64,000 nucleotides of DNA from Eledone cirrhosa (GCA_964016885.1 OZ024742.1:202306001-202370000); one strand, 5' to 3'. Shown: positions 26,345-40,096, counted from the stretch's first letter. Program-made: numbers and translations. The notes: generated by a model from the letters alone, not told the origin.

Positions 26345-26610
26345 ATCAGCTCTTAAATATTACTGGAATTTTATAAGAATCCAGTTTCTATAATTCTCGG
26401 CAAAGGCAGGGGAGTGTGATGTCTTGATAAACGCCAAGAAGCGAGAAACAGATTGTCCATCGCTCTCCCTTTGTTTTTGCCGAGAATAAGTAAATAACAT
26501 AGTCACTACTTTAAAACTCAAAGGGAATGGTCTTCAAAATGTTTTTGATTAAACATACAGTATATTGCCAAATTCATGTATACATCGCTATTTCAGAGCA
26601 CCAATATTAA
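26345..26610 (+). mobile_element. Solo degenerate relative of the 310-bp HHR repeat (family G)
   Basis: Shares CTTCAAAATGTTT..AAACATAC and ATCGCTATTTCAGAGCA with the array unit; HHR core decayed to TTGATAA. Confidence 0.7.
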
Positions 26611-26647
26611 TATATATATATATATATAGGTAGAAGGTAGAAGGACC

Positions 26648-26762
26648 AACGTGAAATAAAGTGTCTTGCTCAAGGACATAACGCACCGCCTGTTCCGAGA
26701 ATCGAACTCACTACCTCACGATTGCGAATCCAATTCTCTAACCACTCAGCCACGCGCCTTCA
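26648..26762 (-). mobile_element. tRNA-derived SINE, family 2 (V-domain-like), 3'-truncated
   Basis: Reverse complement of 27439-27555. Confidence 0.8.
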
Positions 26763-26802
<40 letters not shown>

Positions 26803-27120
26803 CGTAAAGTAAGAAAATTATAAAATTAACTTACTTACTAAAAAGTCACTTCCAACTAATTAGTTTCTGGAATGGAGTAAATATATTTTCCGAAGAAACA
26901 TATAGAAAATCATTCCGTCATCTTAATAACCACTCGCTTTCCACTGATTGACCTCGATGTCACGTGATTGATTCTTTTTGAATTTGCCACGGACGTAGAG
27001 GCAGTGATTTTCTCAATGGCTTGGAATCCAGTCCACGCATCGCTATTTCCATTCCACTGAATTATTTTTTTAATAAGTTTCCAGTGTCCTCGCTATGCCT
27101 GGAGACCTATACGGAAAAAG

Positions 27121-27203
27121 ACTTTCCTGATGACGGAATGATTTTCCATATGTTTCTTCGGAAAATATATTTACTCCATTCCAGAAACTAATTAGTTGGA
27201 AGT
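27121..27203 (+). ncRNA. Type I hammerhead ribozyme motif with long stem II (family H)
   Basis: ACTTTC-CTGATGA-C-GGAATG...CATTCC-A-GAAA-CTAATTAG-TT-GGAAGT; palindrome AACTAATTAGTT. Inverted truncated copy at 26795-26922. Confidence 0.75.
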
Positions 27204-27372
27204 GATTTTTTAGTAAGTAAGTTAATTTTATAATTTTCTTATTTTACGTCTCTCATATTATTGTTCTGCAACCCCATGCATTGAACCACATTGTTAATAA
27301 GACAAAACCTATATATTTGCTAGCATTGATATGCATCTGTGTGTATATAAATGTTACTAGATATAAATTCCT

Positions 27373-27438
<66 letters not shown>

Positions 27439-27440
<2 letters not shown>

Positions 27441-27555
27441 AAGGCGCGTGGCTGAGTGGTTAGAGAATTGGATTCGCAATCGTGAGGTAGCGAGTTCGAT
27501 TCTCGGACCAGGCGGTGCGTTATGTCCTTGAGCAAGACACTTTATTTCACGTTGC
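27439..27555 (+). mobile_element. tRNA-derived SINE, family 2 (V-domain-like), 3'-truncated
   Basis: A box TGGCTGAGTGG, B box GAGTTCGATTC, then TGTCCTTGAGCAAGACACTT, resembling the V-SINE central domain. Confidence 0.8.
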
Positions 27556-29295
27556 TCCTTCTACCTGGAGGTGCGACCGATAGATAGTAAAAGCAATTTG
27601 AAAGACCAACGGAAACATCGTTTTCTCGGTCCGATTTGACGGTTACACATTTGCATTGATAAAGACAGAAGCATACTTCCTATTCGTCTGACAGTATGAT
27701 ATGAACAAATAAAAGAAAGTTTTCAAATGAATGGGTAAGGACCGCGATTGTATGAAGCATATGTTAACATCTCTGTCTATTTATAAACCCGTGCACGTAT
27801 GCATATTTAGGTAACGGTATATTTAAACATAATGTATATCAGCGTCTCAGGGTGTGTGATTGTGAAGCAGTAACTAATTCTAGTTACGTGTGTACATGTA
27901 TGCAAAGGCATATAACAGGGAGTACAACATATATATATAAATATATATATATATATACATATATATGTGTGTGTGTGGGGGTGTGTGTTTGTGTGTTTAG
28001 TAATAATAATAAATGTAAAATCCGGATATAGGGCTCCGAAGATCCCGTTACGTTAAGGGTGAAAGCAAAGATTCTATTCTTCAACTTTAATCTGTTATTT
28101 TAATAAATGTATACATTACGTGCTCAATACGTAATCTAAAATACCAGGAGACACAGTTATTCGCTTCAATACAGCACACGTAAATGAGTACCTCCAATCT
28201 GTACACGTATCGATTTTCGACCACACTTAAAGCAACAATAGAGTGCACAGCATACACAGCCTGCACGTATTATGCAACAATGCACAATCGGTGCATGTGG
28301 CTTCATCAGGCTGTTTCGCCTAATTAATAACCAATCGATCGACAGAATCCGATTCCAGTCCATGTCGGCTATGACAGTGAATGCCAACAGTGAAACATCA
28401 GCAATTGAAATCCCTACGCGTCATCACAAAGCTGCCAACCGATTGGCTTACTGATTCAGAAATTTACGTGACGATAGGAGACGAAATTCAAATAGTTCCG
28501 ATCCCGCCATAAGCCAACGCATCTCAAACACAAATTAACAAGCCTTTGAAAATTACACACGCACACACACATATATATATATATATGTATACTTCGTGTT
28601 ATAATTTGTTTTGCAAGATTTCTTATGTGAAATCGTGTGTTGAAACAGATATCATTATAACTTAGGAAGGTCATGCTGCCAATAAAAACACACGCACTTC
28701 TCGGTTTTCCCTTCAATATATTTCAAATTTACGGTTGGTTGGTTCAATAACCTGATAGTTGTTTATTTATTGTCAAAGCTTGTTCGTCACATATTCTGTG
28801 ATTTCTTCAGTGACTGATTTGTTATTTAGTGCCTCTCCTTTGTTCTGTCCTACAGTTAAACCAACCAACCGGAAATTTGTAATAAATGCGTGTGCATTTA
28901 TTGGCAGCATGATCCTCCCAAAGTATAACAATATATATATAATATATTATAATATATATTATAATATATTATAATATATTACCCACTCTACTACTCTAAG
29001 TATTGAGTACTTTGGTGCGTTATGGTCCATCTGATTCCTTACCACAATTCCTTCGTTATATATATAATCACATATATATTTTTATTTGTTTGACCCGAAT
29101 TACTTGGTCGTTTCTATGGCTGTGCGGATGACGGTTTAACCATCGTCTCAGTGTGTTTGGCCTTTAACGTATGTTGTAGCTCTGGTTCGTCAGAATTATT
29201 GAGCGCTTACCACACATCTCGGAAGTTGTTTTTCGCTAATTCCAAAGCCGAAATACGATTCTCAGTAATTTATATTTGTTATATATATATACTAG

Positions 29296-29368
<73 letters not shown>

Positions 29369-29374
29369 TAGTAT

Positions 29375-29953
29375 ATATATAGTGTATGTGAATCAGTGAA
29401 TTATTGGTGGGGCTACCAAAATGAGCACTCGGTGCACAGGCAGAGTGGTGTATAAAGTTGTAGTTCCTGTCTGTTTGTTTATTTACGGACTCCTCCTATG
29501 GTTTTCGAGATAGACGCCCATAACCATATATATTCTGAAACAACATTGCCCAGAGTACTTGGATAAGTATATTTCATTTTAATCAAAGAGTTCTCCGGAG
29601 GCACAAAACCCCGCTGAAAAGCGACACTGAAAATGTTTTCCCTTCGATTTACATGAAATTTAAACCCTAGGTAAATGACAAGATTGATGCCTGTTCACAT
29701 AAGTTTTGAATTGATATTTTGAAAAACATTATTTACACGAAACAAAATAAGAATAAGATTTAATAATGTAATTTTGATTTGATATATTACAAAAAATAAT
29801 GTTTTCCAATTTTTCATGCATTACATTTTACATTGAGTAATATTGAAATGCAGAGTTTTTCTCCATAAATTATATCAGTGATTTAAAATCAATCATCATT
29901 TTCGTACAAAAAAAAATGTGTGAAACATAGCAAGGCGCGGGTAATTCTGCTAG
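29375..29953 (+). mobile_element. Possible non-autonomous Helitron-like repeat
   Basis: Ends in GCGCGGGTAATTCTG-CTAG|T like the 3' ends at 55273 and 56753; 5' boundary uncertain. Confidence 0.4.
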
Positions 29954-30282
29954 TATATAATAGAGGTCTATTTGAGGGCATATAAGATAAGTCTATGTAT
30001 AATAAAAATATAAGAGTCTGCATATGAAGGTTTAAGCTACCCAAGTAGTCGCGTGAGAACACCCGTCACGTCTTTCTGGTTTATATACGTCATCAGTGAC
30101 ATTTCCTCTCTCCGTACTGCGACAAGAATGCATATAGTTGGAGGTGCTCATTTGCATATAATGTGAACTTAACCAAGCAATGAAACAGTGTGTTTCGTGA
30201 TGCGATATATCTATGTAACATATGCATCATACATGAGTCTCGCTATAAATAGCTGTGATCGTATCACAGCTATTTCGATAGC

Positions 30283-30326
<44 letters not shown>

Positions 30327-30331
<5 letters not shown>

Positions 30332-32847
30332 ATCAAAAGATGGTTAAAGGAGTTCCATATATTTTATTATGCGCATTTCAAAAACAAACATCATCATGCA
30401 ATAATATTTGTGTTTTCATCAGATAAAATAGGAGAACATGATATGAAGGCTAAAAAACACTTGTGGATAGTGCAGTTTTAAATCAACATATGAAAAGTGG
30501 TTTTAGATTGATGTGTGATATTGGGAAAAAAATATTTTATTTAGAGAGGGGGGGGGGGAAGATGAAAAGGGAAGGAGATGAGAAAGAGAGATGGGTGATA
30601 GAGAGAAAGAGATAGTTTTTATAACTGAGAGGAGATATATTTTTTACATAGAGAGGTTGAAAACCGTTGGAAGATACTGTATAAATTAAAAATTTTGAAA
30701 ATTAACGAAGGGAGGATATGTGCGAGGAAAAAATATTTTATTTAGGGAGGGGGGGTGGAAAGGATGAAAAAAAGGGGGAGGAGATGAGAGTGAAGGTGGA
30801 GAGGGAGAGATGGGTGATGGAGAGAAAGAGATAGTTTTTATAACTGAGAAAAAGATATATTGTTTTAATATAGAGAGGTTGGGAACCGTTGGAAGATAAT
30901 GTATAAATTAAAGGAATTTGAAAATTAACGAAGGGAAATTATGTATGAAGATAGAGAGAAAAAAATAATAATTGTGGGTGAATATTCTAACGTCAAAAAA
31001 AGAAATGTATGTATTGTGGCAATTTCAAAATTAGCGAAGAGAAAAATTGTTAAGGTTTGTGTGTAGAAGGATTTGAGAAAAATAATGTGAAGTTAAAGTT
31101 TGTATATTGATTGAATTGATAATATGTGCGAATAAAGAGTTAATATGTATTAATAATGAGTTCGTTGATGGGGAGAAAAAAAAAGGATGAAATTGAGATT
31201 AAAAAGATTTATGATAGAGAGAAAAAATAATAATGATTGCGGAAGAATATTCTAATGACAAAACAAATGTTATGATTTTACAAGAAGATAGAATGAGGGT
31301 AATGAGTAAACAAGTATTATAGAGTGTATAATGCCCTTTAATGTAAGGTAGATGGGTATATTTTAAAGAGGTGTATGTATATGTGCCTTTGAGAAAAGAT
31401 TCTAAATTGATAAAGAATTGAATATTAACTGTATACTTTGTGAAAAGTTCTATGGAATTTATGCAGGCAGATAGAAAACAAATCTGAGCGTCTATTTATT
31501 ATAGAATCTAGGTTAGAGATAATGGTAAATTTTTCATTTAGGCAGAGATTACAGATTTTAGATAGAGAATGCAGAAGAAATCTTCTTCCAAAAGATGGTA
31601 TATTTAATGTTTTTGTCTTTTAAGGACCATATGAGTTCTGAGAGAGCCGTGTTGGTTCTTTTAAGTTTGTATTTGAAAGATGAATGATGATTATAGAGAC
31701 GAGCTTTAAAAGAGGTGGAAGTGGAGCCAAAATAGGTGAAGGAATTGGTGCTAGTTATAATTTTACATTCATAAATTAAGTTTTTATCGAGGCAATGGTT
31801 GTTGAGAGGACATTTATTTTTAATGCGGCAGTTGCAATTAGAGAGATTATTAATGAGTGATCTAGTGTTATCTATAGAAGGAATTGGATTGGAGAAGTTG
31901 TTTGCGATAGGAATAATAGGAATAATAGTTTCTTGATTTAGAGTTGGATTATGAACATTTAGCGAAGTTATGTTTGACGTTGTATTTGGGTTTACAGAAG
32001 TTAGCCTAGGGTTTACAATGACGTCGGGAGTACTATTACTGTTATTATGAAATTCAATATTGGAAGGAAGAGATTTAGTATTTAATATTTTGTTGTTGTG
32101 TTTAGAGATGATGTTGGAAATATTGGAGGATGTAGAATACGAAAATTTGATGGTGTGTTTGTTAAATATTTTACTATAGATATGTGAGGGAGGGAAGCAT
32201 TTATTTAAGGCACTAAAAAATAATTTAGGAATATTGTTATTAATAGAGATGGAGAAAGGAGCATTATACCAGATTATGTTTTTGTATCTAGGTCTTTTAT
32301 TAAAATTATTGGAATGGTCATGATTAATTATTCTACTGTAAGTTTTTCTAGAATTTGTTTCTTTATTATATTTGATTTTATCTGGATAGCCGGCTTTAGA
32401 AAGTGCGTTATTATAGTAATTGGCGTTAGCATCAAAGATGTTTTTATTAGAAGATATGTTAGATATTCTATTTCCAATATTATTAACTATAGCATTTTTG
32501 ATATTGGTAGGATGGTTAGATTTAAAGTTAACATAATTAAGGTTCTCATTGTTTTTATGGTAAGGGTAATATAGGCCAGTGTCAAGATTAAGAGATACAT
32601 CCAAGAAATTAGCTAGCTTGATACTATTATCAAATTCAATTTTTAGGTTATGTTGGTTAAAGAGATTACGTATATTGTTCTTAATAATATTAAGTTTAAC
32701 TATATTGCAATTTAGGATAGTAAAGAGTCCATCGTCACGATAGTCCATCGTCACTTATAGTTATGCATACTCCAGTCCCACAAACTGTAGAGTGCTTCTT
32801 ATCCGATATCTGCATTGCTTTATTGTACTACAATAAAACTCACCTCC

Positions 32848-32852
<5 letters not shown>
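30327..32852 (-). mobile_element. AT-rich PLE (family C, Naiad-like): RT C-terminus + GIY-YIG, 3' UTR and pLTR; 5'-truncated with inverted terminal piece
   Basis: ORF 31558-32754 has YRDDGL, NFLDVSLNL, SNHP, WYNAPFS, CNCRIKNKCPLNNHCL and LIYEC/TYFGSTSTSFKARLYNH, with a frameshift near the C-terminus. 32770-32852 is an inverted pLTR end. The clade label is inference. Confidence 0.88.
30360..30430 (-). ncRNA. Type I hammerhead ribozyme motif (family C)
   Basis: Minus strand: TATTTTAT-CTGATGA-AAACACAAATATTATT/GCAT/GATGATGTTTGTTTTT-GAAA-TGCGCA-TA-ATAAAATA. Confidence 0.88.
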
Positions 32853-32889
<37 letters not shown>

Positions 32890-32923
32890 TATAGCGTTCT
32901 CATTATATATATTATATTTTATA

Positions 32924-32987
32924 TTTTATCTGATGAAGAAGTACTGAAAAAAAACAACACAGTACCTTTGAAATATATATAATAAAG
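32924..32987 (+). ncRNA. Type I hammerhead ribozyme motif (AT-rich, related to C/I)
   Basis: TTTTAT-CTGATGA-AGAAGTACTG...CAGTACCTTT-GAAA-TATATA-TA-ATAAAG. Confidence 0.75.
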
Positions 32988-33059
32988 CATATTTTGATTA
33001 TATGAATATCTTTCATTTGTTAATATTTTTAATAATATATAAATGTATATATATATATC

Positions 33060-33500
33060 GACGAAAAGAAATGACATTTTCACTACTTTAAAACCGATAG
33101 CGTGTGGTCTTCTAAATGTTTTTTAATTAAACATACGGTATATTGCCAAATATACTATACATACATTCATGTATACATCGCTATTTCAGAGCACCAATCC
33201 TAATATCTAATTTTTGCTGGACCAGCAATCGCTCTGTATAATCAGCTCCTGATTATTACTGGAATTCTATAAGAATCCATCTTCTATCATTTTCGGCGGA
33301 AGCAGGGGAGTGCGTGGCTCTGATGAACGCCAACCAGCGTGAAACAGACTGTCAGCTTCTCTCCCTGCTTTCGCCGAAAAGAAGTAAGTGACATAATCAC
33401 TACTTTAAAACTGATAGCGTATGGTTTTCTAAATGTTTTAATTAAACATACGCTATATTGCCAAATATACTATGCATACATTCATGTATACATCGCTATA
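33060..33500 (+). mobile_element. ~1.4-unit diverged relative of the 310-bp HHR repeat (family G)
   Basis: 33080-33185 repeats at ~33398-33498; scaffold shared with the array unit. Confidence 0.75.
33316..33357 (+). ncRNA. Type I hammerhead ribozyme motif (family G variant, GUC triplet)
   Basis: GGCT-CTGATGA-ACGC-CAACCA-GCGT-GAAA-CAGACTG-TC-AGCT, enclosed by an extended helix TTTTCGGCGGAAGCAGGG / CCCTGCTTTCGCCGAAAA. Confidence 0.88.
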
Positions 33501-33647
33501 ATGATATAATAATACAGGGACGATTTGTTAAGCCTTCATTACGTTTATTGATTGGTGACGCACGTTTCGCTATTGACCAGATCAAAGATCGATCTGTATC
33601 GATTCTGGAATCAAAGGCTGTTGTAATGACAGAATGAACCACTCCCT

Positions 33648-33699
<52 letters not shown>

Positions 33700-33997
33700 T
33701 TGTGTGTGTGTTAAGTAATTCCAAAGGAAAAGCATATATATATATTTGAAAAAAGGAAAAAGATGACTTCACTTATAGTTAGTGTTCTGAACAAGTTAAT
33801 TTTATAATTTTACAATTTTAAAGTTTTGCTATGTAGATCTAATAAGTTCTTTGTCAACTGATTACATTTCTGGACAACTTTCTCGCATTCGTCGGTGGCG
33901 ATTGTCAAACTCATCTAAGTCTGCTATGTGTTGCTGTATATATATGGGATTTTGGTGTGTCTAGGGGAATGTTAATGTGTGTATGTGTGTGTGTCTG

Positions 33998-34200
33998 TGA
34001 AGGTGCATGGGTTAGTGGTTAGAACATTAGGCTTGCAAGCGGGAGGTTCTGAGTTCGTTTATCGGACAGGGTGATGCGTTGTGGAGCTTGAGCATGATGC
34101 TTTATTTCGCGTTGCTCCAGTTCACTCAGCTGTAGAAATGTGTTGCCACGTCACTGGTGCCAAGCGGTATCGGCCATTGCCTTTCCCTTGGACAACATTG
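33998..34200 (+). mobile_element. tRNA-derived SINE, family 2
   Basis: Diverged, longer copy of 27439-27555. Confidence 0.7.
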
Positions 34201-34619
34201 TTGTGTGAGAGTGTTTTATGTTTGTGTATAAGTGTATGTTCTTCTCGTTTTATAATTTTATAAATGTTACCATTAGAGAGGGAGTCGGTTTCTAACATAG
34301 ACACAAGACTTTTTCATTGGAATTTAGACATCAACTAGATAGATATATATGCATGTCTGCATCTGTGCGTGTGTGTGTGCAGGTATATATATACATGTGT
34401 GTTTCTGTGGTCGTAAGTGTATAAGTGAGTGTGTATGCTACTTTTTATACATAATTTACTCTTTGATATTTTGAATGTCTATTTTATTCATTTATATTTT
34501 TTGTTTACGCTCATTTTTTTCTGCTAGTGTCTTAAGTCCACCATCTTAGAAAAAGTTGTTTTTATTTTGTTTTGTTATTTCTTCCTTCTTTTCTCCTCAC
34601 CTTTCTAATACTTGGTATT

Positions 34620-35900
34620 AGAAAGTTTTCATTGTACTCATCATCATTATCGTCTTCCTCCTCTTCATCTTCATCCACATTATCACCATCATTATCCCCA
34701 TCAACATCACCATTATCGGCGCCAGCGACAGCATCATAATCATCGTAAGCACCAGTATAATGATGATTGCCATCCTCATCATCACCACATTAATGCAATA
34801 AGAAGCCCCAACAATTCTACCGCATCCACCACCACCACCACCTTCACCACCATCACCACCATCACTATTACCACCACCATCACCACCACCTTCACCACCA
34901 ACAACACCACCATTACCACCACCATCGCCACCACCATCGCCACCACCACCATTACCACCAGTATCGCCACCACCATCGCCACCACCACCACCTTCACTAA
35001 CAAAATCACCATCAACACCACCAACACCTTCACCAACAACAACACCACCACCATTACCACCACCATCAACACCACCACCACCTTCACCAACAACAACACC
35101 ACCACCATTACCACCACCTTCACCACCACCTTCACCAACAACATTACCACCACCATTACCAACCACCTTCACCACCACCATTACCACCACCATTACCACC
35201 ACCATTACCACCACCATTACCACCACCTTCACCACCACCATTACCACCACCATTACCACCACCATTACCACCACCATTACCACCACCTTCACCACCACCA
35301 TTACCACCACCATTACCACCACCATTACCACCACCATTACCACCACCTTCACCACCACCATTACCACCACCATTACCACTACCATTACCACCACCATTAC
35401 CACCACCTTCACCACCACCATTACCACCACCATTACCACTACCATTACCACCACCATTACCACCACCTTCACCACCACCATTACCACCACCATCAACATC
35501 ACCACCACCTTCACCACCACCATTACCACCACCTTCACCACCACCATTACCACCACCATTACCACCACCATTACCACCACCATTACCACCACCTTCACCA
35601 CCACCATTACCACCACCATTACCACCACCTTCACCACCACCATTACGACCACCATTACCACCACCATCAACACCACCACCACCTTCACCACCACCATTAC
35701 GACCACCATTACCACCACCATCAACACCACCACCTTCACCACCACCATTACCACCACCATTACCACCACCTTCACCACCACCATTACGACCACCATTACC
35801 ACCACCATCAACACCACCACCTTCACCACCACCATTACGACCACCATTACCACCACCATCAACACCACCACCACCTTCACCACAACAGCTACAAAATCAC
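34620..35900. repeat. (CAC/CAT/TAC)n tract with 60-bp higher-order period at ~35161-35490
   Basis: Consecutive 60-nt lines are almost identical. Confidence 0.9.
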
Positions 35901-35979
35901 CAAGAACCAAAAGAAAGCACTCCGGTCCCAATCTTAATCAACATCATTACCACTTTCAATAAGCTCCCTTATCACAGTT

Positions 35980-36030
<51 letters not shown>

Positions 36031-36271
36031 GCTGTTGTTGTCTGTGAAGTAATGGTGGTCATGTTTAATGTTGCTTTCAACGTCGGTTATTGTTGTATAG
36101 TTGTTGTTACAATTGTTGTTGTTGCTGTTGTTGTTGTTGTTTTTTTGTAGTATTGTTGCAGCTATCGTCATTGTTTCTGACATGATGTTGTTGTTATTGT
36201 GTTTGTTGCTGTTGTTGCTGTTGTTGTCGTTGTCGTTCTTGTTCTCATCACTGAATGTTGTCGTCGTCGTC

Positions 36272-36471
36272 NNNNNNNNNNNNNNNNNNNNNNNNNNNNN
36301 NNNNNNNNNNNNNNNNNNNNNNNNNNNNNNNNNNNNNNNNNNNNNNNNNNNNNNNNNNNNNNNNNNNNNNNNNNNNNNNNNNNNNNNNNNNNNNNNNNNN
36401 NNNNNNNNNNNNNNNNNNNNNNNNNNNNNNNNNNNNNNNNNNNNNNNNNNNNNNNNNNNNNNNNNNNNNNN
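36272..36471. other. Assembly gap (200 N)
   Basis: Run of n. Confidence 1.
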
Positions 36472-37146
36472 CATGTATGTGTGGCTTCACGCGCTTCTGT
36501 ATGCCTTTTGTTTTGTTGTTTTTTTTGTTGTTTTTTTTTTTTACATCATTATTTTTCTTTGCTATGCCCTAGTATGCTTTTCTAGTTATTGTTTTTGTTA
36601 TAGTTGTTGTGGCTGTTGTTGTTTTCGCTGTGACCGTTTTTTCTTTGTCGTTGTTGTTATTGTTTGTTGTTGTTGTTGTTGTTGTGGTGGTGGTGGCGGT
36701 GACGACGGCGGCGGCGGTGGTGGTGGTGGTCGTCGTCGTTGTTATTTACTTATTTGTGGTTTGCGTATTTTTATTTCAATATATTTAATTTTTGTCTGGG
36801 TAATGTTTTGATTTCTTCAGTTCCTCAGAAGTGTTTATTGCAGTTGTTGTCATTGTCATTGTTGTTGATGGTCCCTTTACGTAAAAATAATAGAAAAAAG
36901 AAGAGAAGTTTCTATTTGTGCCAAGAGAGATGAATTTGATAGTTTTCTCGCACTATCCAATTATATAATAATAGAAAAGAAGTTAGTTCGAGGCGGTTCA
37001 GCACGATTGTTGTTGCAAATCCTCTTCAAGACGCATAACACAACCATCTTATTGAACTGCTTCAAGAAGATGTAATTTTGAAGACGAGATTAACTCCCGT
37101 CGAAACATAGACACACATACATACATACAATACACACACACACACA

Positions 37147-37202
<56 letters not shown>

Positions 37203-37222
37203 CATGTAAATACAGAAAATTA

Positions 37223-37311
<89 letters not shown>

Positions 37312-37530
37312 AGTATGTATGTATTACGTACATACATATATGTATACAGACGTACAGTAGTATGTATATATATATACATACATGCACACATATATATATG
37401 CACGTATCGTTTACCGAACATTTATTATAATGCTCGGTTTGTTTGTTTGTAAACAAACAAACAGCCCGAATTACGCCCGTACAGTGTTTAGGCAACCACG
37501 TCACCTTTTTGTTCAACACTGACACAGGAA

Positions 37531-37571
37531 CGATGTACTAGTTTCAAGCTTATTAGCTATCGTCAGCATCG
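37531..37571 (-). ncRNA. Minimal type I hammerhead ribozyme motif (family D, copy 2)
   Basis: Identical to 7651-7691; lies within element 37310-37768. Confidence 0.85.
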
Positions 37572-37805
37572 TATACCTTCCTGCCAGATGGTTGAATGTC
37601 TGAAAGTATATACTTTCCTTATGCATATTAACGGCTGAGCAGCCTAATTTGCATATCGAGTGAGTTCAGTCGGCCGGGCACACCGAAAACAATAAATGGA
37701 ATAGAATGTAAGTAAGTTCTGTACTAACAGTGAGAAATGAAATTTCGTTTCATTCTATTCCATTTATATATATATATGAATATACATTTAAAATATATGT
37801 ATATT

Positions 37806-37922
<117 letters not shown>

Positions 37923-38599
37923 TATACATACATCTTTATGTCCATACATACATACATACATACATACGTCCGTTGTAGTCAATCCGATACTCGAACGTCT
38001 GAATTACTGCTTGTATGAAGGCAACATATATTTGGGAAGAATTGGTCTACAGAATGCGGTAAGATTAGATACGAATATTTCTACATATATTATTTAAACA
38101 TTACTTATATTGTAATATATCTATATAAACGTTACATTCATTCTCCCGCTATCCTATAATGTAACTGCTTTACTCTCTCTGTCGCTCTTCACTGTCTATA
38201 TGACAACACTGTTTTAGTTTCCGTATCTCCCTTCAATATATACACATAGAGAGAGAGAGAGAGAGAGAGAAGGAGAGAGAGAGAGAGAGTGAGAGAGAGA
38301 AAGATAATTACTGCTTATATTAAGGCAACATATATTTTGGAAGTGTTGGTCTACAGAATGCGGTAAGATTACATACGAATATTTCTACATAAATTATTTA
38401 AACATTACTTATATTGTAACATATCTATATAAACGTTACATTCATTCTAACATATTTATCTTAACACAGTGTGGTTATCGTTACACGCATATATGAGTCC
38501 AGTAATATTTCAAAACAGAGTTATGGAAGCAACATACGGAACCGTTAACCATTTATATATGTCTCGGCTATCACATTGCTAGCATATCACAAAAGTCTA

Positions 38600-39150
38600 A
38601 AGCCATTCAATCGAGATAGAAGCATGGGCACATAACTTAAAAATTAAAATTAAAATTGTGTTCCTTCAATTAGATCGTTGTAGTTATGAAATGTAACACA
38701 GAACAATTCTAAACGACATCAGGAAAATCTAAAACAATCTGGAGAGGCGAATTGGAGATACAGTATTTAAACCCCTAAACTCAAACTATATCAGCCGAAA
38801 CAACAACTTACTGCTACAACTGAAAAACTAAAATATAAATCTACAACGTATAAACAGCAAATACTGAATAGGTTATATGCCGGAGATCCCTATTCTGTCA
38901 ATCGTGGCTTCAACATAAAAGGCTTATCTGTGAAAAAGACATCCAACAAAAGAGCAGGTTGAGAGCTATTGGGGATCTGTATGAGAAAGAAATAGTGATT
39001 TCAACAAACAAGCTCCAGGTCTAAAAGGAATGAAGAAGAACTACTGCTGGTATGTTCATCAAAAGCAATTTGAAATAGATAGCTCAGCGTAGCGGCGTAA
39101 TCAATAGCCAAAGCTTGGTCACAATCAAATAAAATATTCCGGTGATTTTT
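38600..39150 (+). mobile_element. Possible highly decayed non-LTR retrotransposon fragment
   Basis: VESYWGSV*ERNSDFNKQAP resembles the FW..IWE...N segment upstream of RT in R4/NeSL-type elements; many stops. Confidence 0.3.
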
Positions 39151-39168
39151 TAAACTGATTTGAAACTA

Positions 39169-39222
<54 letters not shown>

Positions 39223-39626
39223 ACTACTACTACTACTACTACTCTCTAATGAGTTTATAATGTGTTTTGTCCAAATCACAAGACGTTATTGAAATACATT
39301 CTCAGCAACAAGCTTGCAACACATTTTTTGTTGCACTTGTTGCTGTTGTGTCGTTGTTTTTATAGATACTACTGTTGTTTTGTTGTTGATTTTGTTGTTG
39401 TTGTTGTTGTGGTGGTGGCTGTTGCTCATTTTGCTGCTGCTGCTGGCTGTGTTTGTTGTTATTGCTGTTTATCAATAATTCTACCTCAACAGTTTAACAA
39501 TACACTCGACAATTTTGCCGCGCAAACAAATCATAAAAGTTTTTGAATTTTTATTTTTTGTGTCACCATTGTTATTGTTGTAATCGTTGTTGAGGTTGTT
39601 GTGCTTGTTGATATCTTCATCGTTGC

Positions 39627-39663
<37 letters not shown>

Positions 39664-40016
39664 ATCCTTTTTAACCTTCCTTTTCTTCACTTACACCATA
39701 ATCACCCTCATCATCTTGATGCTATGTTCTAGTTGCTATTGTTGTTCTTGTTGTCTGCTTAGGGTTACAACTTTCATTCCCTGACTGTTTCTCTTTCTTA
39801 CACATTCTCTCGTTCTCTCGCCTTCTCCCCTCTATTCTATGGATGCCCTATCAAGCCATACGAGTATGTCTTTAATTTGGAATCCTGGTCTAAAAATATT
39901 CTTCGATTCTTTCGTTGCCTAGAGGGCATAACTCCAGTTCCTCCCATTTCTTCTATTGTTCCTACCAATTCCATACATCTACGCTCCATTCTCCGCCTTG
40001 TCTTCCCTTTCTTCCA

Positions 40017-40096
<80 letters not shown>

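Noticed and set aside
27439-27512. tRNA gene
   Set aside because: The tRNA-like head continues into a SINE body and is repeated; no proper acceptor stem.
29095-29200. Minus-strand CTGACGA...GAAAC candidate
   Set aside because: Stems I and II do not pair convincingly.
30064-30102. Minus-strand GTCA-CTGATGA...GAAA...TGAC
   Set aside because: Stem II is weak and there is no NUH; at best a relic.
34612-35937. His/Thr-rich 441-aa ORF
   Set aside because: Trinucleotide repeat, open on both strands, next to an assembly gap.
38001-38448. ~140-bp direct repeat (38001-38143 / 38306-38448)
   Set aside because: Real, but no HHR, TIR or coding signal; treated as a local duplication.
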